DNA of 37,707 nucleotides. It comes from a virus. Shown here in pieces: positions 34,844 through 37,707 of the stretch (the first letter of the stretch is position 1; the number at the start of each line of letters is the position of its first letter). The position numbers and the translations under genes are program-made. The stretch is from IMG/VR virus record IMGVR_UViG_3300045988_121638, positions 1 through 37,707 of that record, one strand, 5' to 3'. The notes under the pieces are model-generated. The model did no database searches. It was not told where the DNA came from and saw nothing but the letters and a program-made list of their open reading frames with translations.

Positions 34844-35635
34844 TTAAACTACATCGTTAATACCAATTTCTCCTTTCAAAACTCGCTCTACCTGTCGATC
34901 AAGTATCTCTTGAAACTCTATCTGGCAAATAAGAGAGCAATCCGGCATAATTTCTTCCACTGGATCACCTCGCCACGTTGGTAATTCATCAAGGAAGATG
35001 CGCCCGTCTTTATCTTTCAAGCAAGTAGCTCCAACATCACGCTCAATCTGCGCCATTTGAGCAAATACTTCCGGGAAGTCCTTCCGTATCTTGTTCCAGT
35101 ATCCCATTCCCCCTTTCACGCAACCGATGCAGTTGTTGTTATTGTAGCCCATCTTGTACATGGCCGGAATTTCAATACCAGCTTTCCATAGCATACCCAT
35201 TGCATCCTTTTTTGTTATCTGTCGCTCGATAAGTGGGAACAACGGCTTTGTATCAGGATATTGCTGTTTAAAGCGGATGGCTCGATTGATTTCTTTCGGG
35301 TCAAAGTCGAATCCCCAAACTTGACCGTCCCAAGAACCAAGTTCCTTTTCCAACTTGTAACGGACTTTCTTTTTCAGCTCAAGAGTACAAGCAGCACCAT
35401 GCGCACCATTGATAAAACCTTTCCGTAGGACATCAGCAACACATGTGTATTTGTCGCTTCGGATAGTGTGGATTGGCTGACCGTACCAATCTTCGCAATC
35501 CGCAAGGAATCGGGTGTTATCAGGATGCCCTGAACCTGTTTCGATATAGTAAATCTGCACATCATCATACAGACTTAGTGCTATCTTACAAGCTACTGCG
35601 GATGTTACACCGCAAGAAAAACATGCTATTATCAT
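34844..35635 (-). CDS. PAPS-reductase-like (PP-loop ATP pyrophosphatase superfamily) protein
   Basis: 263 aa. The N-terminal IIACFSCGVTSAV is a degenerate SGGxDS PP-loop. The length and Cys-containing centre (CIGCVKGG) match the phage-borne PAPS reductase family. Confidence 0.6.
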   Translation of the reverse strand: MIIACFSCGVTSAVACKIALSLYDDVQIYYIETGSGHPDNTRFLADCEDWYGQPIHTIRSDKYTCVADVLRKGFINGAHGAACTLELKKKVRYKLEKELGSWDGQVWGFDFDPKEINRAIRFKQQYPDTKPLFPLIERQITKKDAMGMLWKAGIEIPAMYKMGYNNNNCIGCVKGGMGYWNKIRKDFPEVFAQMAQIERDVGATCLKDKDGRIFLDELPTWRGDPVEEIMPDCSLICQIEFQEILDRQVERVLKGEIGINDVV

Positions 35636-35662
35636 TTTACTCCTTCTTATATGTTTTGAGGG

Positions 35663-36583
35663 TTATTTAATTTTTAAAAAGTTGCTCATTCGCTCAATGC
35701 ATCTTTGTTTCTGATTGAGATTGGGATGCACATATAAATTGAGTGTGGTAGCGATATTCGAATGTCCAAGAATTACACTCACTGTCTTATAATCGCATTG
35801 ACTTTCAATGCATCTGGTAGCAAATGTATGCCGGAGTCCATGAAACACAATGTGCGGAATATTCAGACGCTTCAAGAGCCGGGCAAAGAAATCACGGTAA
35901 GAACGGGGATCTTCCGGACGTTCTGATGTTCCTACTACAAATCGGGACGGAGATATTTTCTTTACTTCCTTCAAGGCAAAGAGAAGCTGTCTTGAGATAG
36001 GTATCTCCCGGTATGAATTTCGTGTTTTGGGAGAAGTGAAAGTCCTTTCCGTAGTTCTTGATTCGCAGTTGTATATCCTTCCTGCTGTATAACTAATGGT
36101 GATTACCTTCTGTCTGAAATCCACATCTTCCCATCGCAGGGCACACACCTCTCCAATCCTCATGCCGGTACACAGAGACAGCAGAATGCCTATATTCTTA
36201 GGAGTTGGGGATTCGGTGAGATGGCTCATCAGTATCTGTTGATGGTTTAAGGACAAAGTAGGCAAACGGTGAGATTCGGTATCTGTAGGATAGTTTATCT
36301 CCCACTCCTCATAAGGGAATAACTTATGTTTCCCACCATACTTGACTATAGATTTCAGCACCGCCACAATATCCCTTACGGTTTTTTTAGCAAGACCAGA
36401 GGAAAGCTTGTCGAGAACAAATTTCTGAACGTCGCTTTCCGATATAGCTGTCGCCGTCCCAAAATATGGGAGTAAATGGGTTTGAAGGGTAAGCATATAC
36501 GCACACATCGTGGCATGCTTTATAATAGGTTGCTTCGCAGCACTCCAAATCCTGGCGACTTCTTGAAATGTTTTAGTATTCAT
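35663..36583 (-). CDS. tyrosine recombinase (XerC/D-like site-specific integrase), intact
   Basis: 306 aa. The full catalytic set is visible: GMRIGEVCALRWEDV (R), HGLRHTFAT (HxxR), LGHSNIATTLNLYVH (H...Y). Confidence 0.85.
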   Translation of the reverse strand: MNTKTFQEVARIWSAAKQPIIKHATMCAYMLTLQTHLLPYFGTATAISESDVQKFVLDKLSSGLAKKTVRDIVAVLKSIVKYGGKHKLFPYEEWEINYPTDTESHRLPTLSLNHQQILMSHLTESPTPKNIGILLSLCTGMRIGEVCALRWEDVDFRQKVITISYTAGRIYNCESRTTERTFTSPKTRNSYREIPISRQLLFALKEVKKISPSRFVVGTSERPEDPRSYRDFFARLLKRLNIPHIVFHGLRHTFATRCIESQCDYKTVSVILGHSNIATTLNLYVHPNLNQKQRCIERMSNFLKIK

Positions 36584-36595
36584 TTCTGTTCTGAT

Positions 36596-36940
36596 TTACA
36601 TTAATTCAATTATAACCTTTTTAAAATTAACATATAAAGGTATTGCTGACATACCCCCATTGCAATCCAACTGCCTTAAAGAGGGAACAACCTCTCCGTC
36701 ATCATCAATCTCATAATCTGCAATATAGGCTAGCTTCTTCACTTCGGGGACCAATATCCTTTCATTGCTCAAAAGAGAAAACCTTTCATGAGCCGGGACC
36801 GTTATACAAACCTTGCTTCCAATAGGGAACCCTTGGTTGGATTCAATGTATTCCTTTTCCAGCTGTTCCTTTTTGCCGTTCAATTCTTTTAGCATTAAAT
36901 CAATGGCATCTCTTTTGCTCAGAAATTCTTCCTTATTCAT
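36596..36940 (-). CDS. hypothetical protein
   Basis: 114 aa ATG-started ORF. No family recognised. Confidence 0.5.
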   Translation of the reverse strand: MNKEEFLSKRDAIDLMLKELNGKKEQLEKEYIESNQGFPIGSKVCITVPAHERFSLLSNERILVPEVKKLAYIADYEIDDDGEVVPSLRQLDCNGGMSAIPLYVNFKKVIIELM

Positions 36941-36949
36941 GTTTTTGTT

Positions 36950-37165
36950 TTACTCTAATTGTTTATCGAAAATCTTAATACATTCAAATAAATAGTGCGC
37001 AATTATAGGTTGTACTGCATTGCCTATACACTCCGTTCTGTCCACCCTATCGGGAAGTTCATTAGACTTTCCAGCAAATCGGGGTGAGGGTATTGACTGT
37101 CTTGTTCTCCATCCCGGATATACTCGTGTATATTGCCCCGATAGGTAGGGCTTCCGAAATATCAT
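36950..37165 (-). CDS. 71-aa ORF resembling only the C-terminal end (motif X) of a C5 cytosine DNA methyltransferase
   Basis: ...ELPDRVDRTECIGNAVQPIIAHYLFECI contains the (F)PD......IGNAV.P pattern of motif X. No motifs I-VIII lie upstream, because the preceding gene stops at 37209. Confidence 0.35.
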   Translation of the reverse strand: MIFRKPYLSGQYTRVYPGWRTRQSIPSPRFAGKSNELPDRVDRTECIGNAVQPIIAHYLFECIKIFDKQLE

Positions 37166-37208
37166 CTTTTAGTTCCTTTCTTTCTCAGTTTTGAATTAAT
37201 TACTTCCA

Positions 37209-37707
37209 CTAAGCCTCCTTAAGCTGTCCATTGACTAGCATATACCATGTGTCAGCCTTAACCTTTTTCCCGTCAACTTCAAATGCCTTAACCTCTTTAA
37301 TCGGGTAGGTATCACCGTTCCATTCTCCACGCTCTGCGAGGACTATCCAGCAACCTATAGCTCCCTTAGCCTTACACCCGTATCCGGCAGCAAGAGCAAT
37401 GCTATCCTTGCCGGTAGCTGACGCTGCACCTCGGTAGCCTGTGGCTGATGCTGCACCTTGGTAGCCTGTGGCTGACGCTGCACCTCGGTAGCCTGTGGCT
37501 GACGCTGCACCTCGGTAGCCTGTAGCTGACGCTGCACCATAGTTGCTTGTGGCTGACGCTGCACCATAGTTGCTTGTGGCTGACGCTGCACTATAGTCGC
37601 CTGTGGCTGACGCTGCACCTCGGTAGCCTGTGGCTGACGCTGCACTATAGTCGCCTGTGGCTGACGCTGCACTATAGTCGCCTGTGGCTGACGCTGCACT
37701 ATAGTCG
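37209..37707 (-). CDS. C-terminal part of the junction-spanning DUF7666 repeat protein (see 1..889)
   Basis: Stop TAG at 37209..37211. The frame is set by ...GAASATGYRGAASATGKDSIALAAGYGCKAKGAIGCWIVLAERGEWNGDTYPIKEVKAFEVDGKKVKADTWYMLVNGQLKEA*. It joins nt 1 in frame if 37691..37707 (or 37664..37707) is treated as assembly overlap. Confidence 0.7.
   Translation of the reverse strand, partial: DYSAASATGDYSAASATGDYSAASATGYRGAASATGDYSAASATSNYGAASATSNYGAASATGYRGAASATGYRGAASATGYQGAASATGYRGAASATGKDSIALAAGYGCKAKGAIGCWIVLAERGEWNGDTYPIKEVKAFEVDGKKVKADTWYMLVNGQLKEA
37421..37707. repeat. 27-bp coding tandem repeat, 10 units + 17 nt (other end of the array at 1..162)
   Basis: Units start at 37421 and every 27 nt to 37664. 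The last 44 nt are identical to 1..44. Confidence 0.95.

Noticed and set aside
37355-37699. Track ORF encoding MQRQPQATIVQRQPQATIV... (114 aa)
   Set aside because: It is an out-of-frame reading of the 27-bp repeat array. The frame that connects to conserved flanking domains and to the stop at 37209 is the ...SATGDYSAA... frame.
37421-37707. Possibility that the 27-bp array (and the 21-bp array at 16033..16200) is a CRISPR array
   Set aside because: The units are directly adjacent with no spacers. They are multiples of 3 and lie in frame inside long ORFs. No cas genes are present.
1-37707. Diversity-generating retroelement, retron or other RT-based system; transposase/IS elements
   Set aside because: No ORF shows reverse-transcriptase (YxDD) or transposase (DDE/HUH-Y1) motifs. 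I found no template/variable repeat pair near the fibre genes.
37664-37707. Direct terminal repeat (DTR) of a linear genome
   Set aside because: The overlap is only 17-44 nt, lies inside a tandem repeat and sits in the middle of a gene. That fits an assembler closure artefact better than a packaging DTR.

Overview
The window reads as one complete, circularly closed genome of a temperate tailed phage, about 37.66 kb once a 17-44 nt end overlap is trimmed. It has an HK97-type head module and a non-contractile (siphovirus-type) tail. Families recognised by eye suggest a Bacteroidales host (inference): a Bacteroides-type ~420-aa tyrosine integrase, DUF4494, DUF3127, a DUF3853-like HTH, a DUF5675-like lysin and a holin_4-like holin. 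Almost all genes are on the minus strand. Modules: early/replication genes (36.9 kb across the junction to 5.1 kb: DUF7666 repeat protein, DUF3127, Rep, NinG, an odd tRNA, DUF4494); lysogeny switch and integrase (5.2-8.3 kb); small accessory and unknown genes (8.3-13.2 kb); lysis cassette (13.2-14.6 kb); tail fibre, baseplate, tape measure and tail tube (14.8-25.7 kb); head (25.7-30.3 kb); terminase plus HNH (30.4-33.1 kb); further early genes including a PAPS-reductase-like protein and a second tyrosine recombinase (33.1-37.2 kb). Main observations. (1) The integrase gene is split into two oppositely oriented halves by a 1.95-kb inversion bounded by an 8-bp inverted repeat, and flipping it back restores one intact ORF. 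(2) A canonical tRNA scaffold has a 72-nt insert where its 7-nt anticodon loop should be. (3) Three further regulatory genes are interrupted (antirepressor frameshift in a (TA)4 run, HTH/excisionase-like frameshift, in-frame TGA in a DnaA-C-like HTH), while about 19 kb of morphogenesis genes is uninterrupted. (4) There are two in-frame coding tandem-repeat arrays: 27 bp in the junction-spanning DUF7666 protein and 21 bp in the tail fibre. (5) An AT-rich tail-fibre cassette carries an SGNH-esterase-like domain, and an AT-rich exported-protein gene lies inside the inverted segment. No reverse transcriptase, CRISPR array or transposase was seen. All family names come from motif recognition by eye and need HMM or structure searches.
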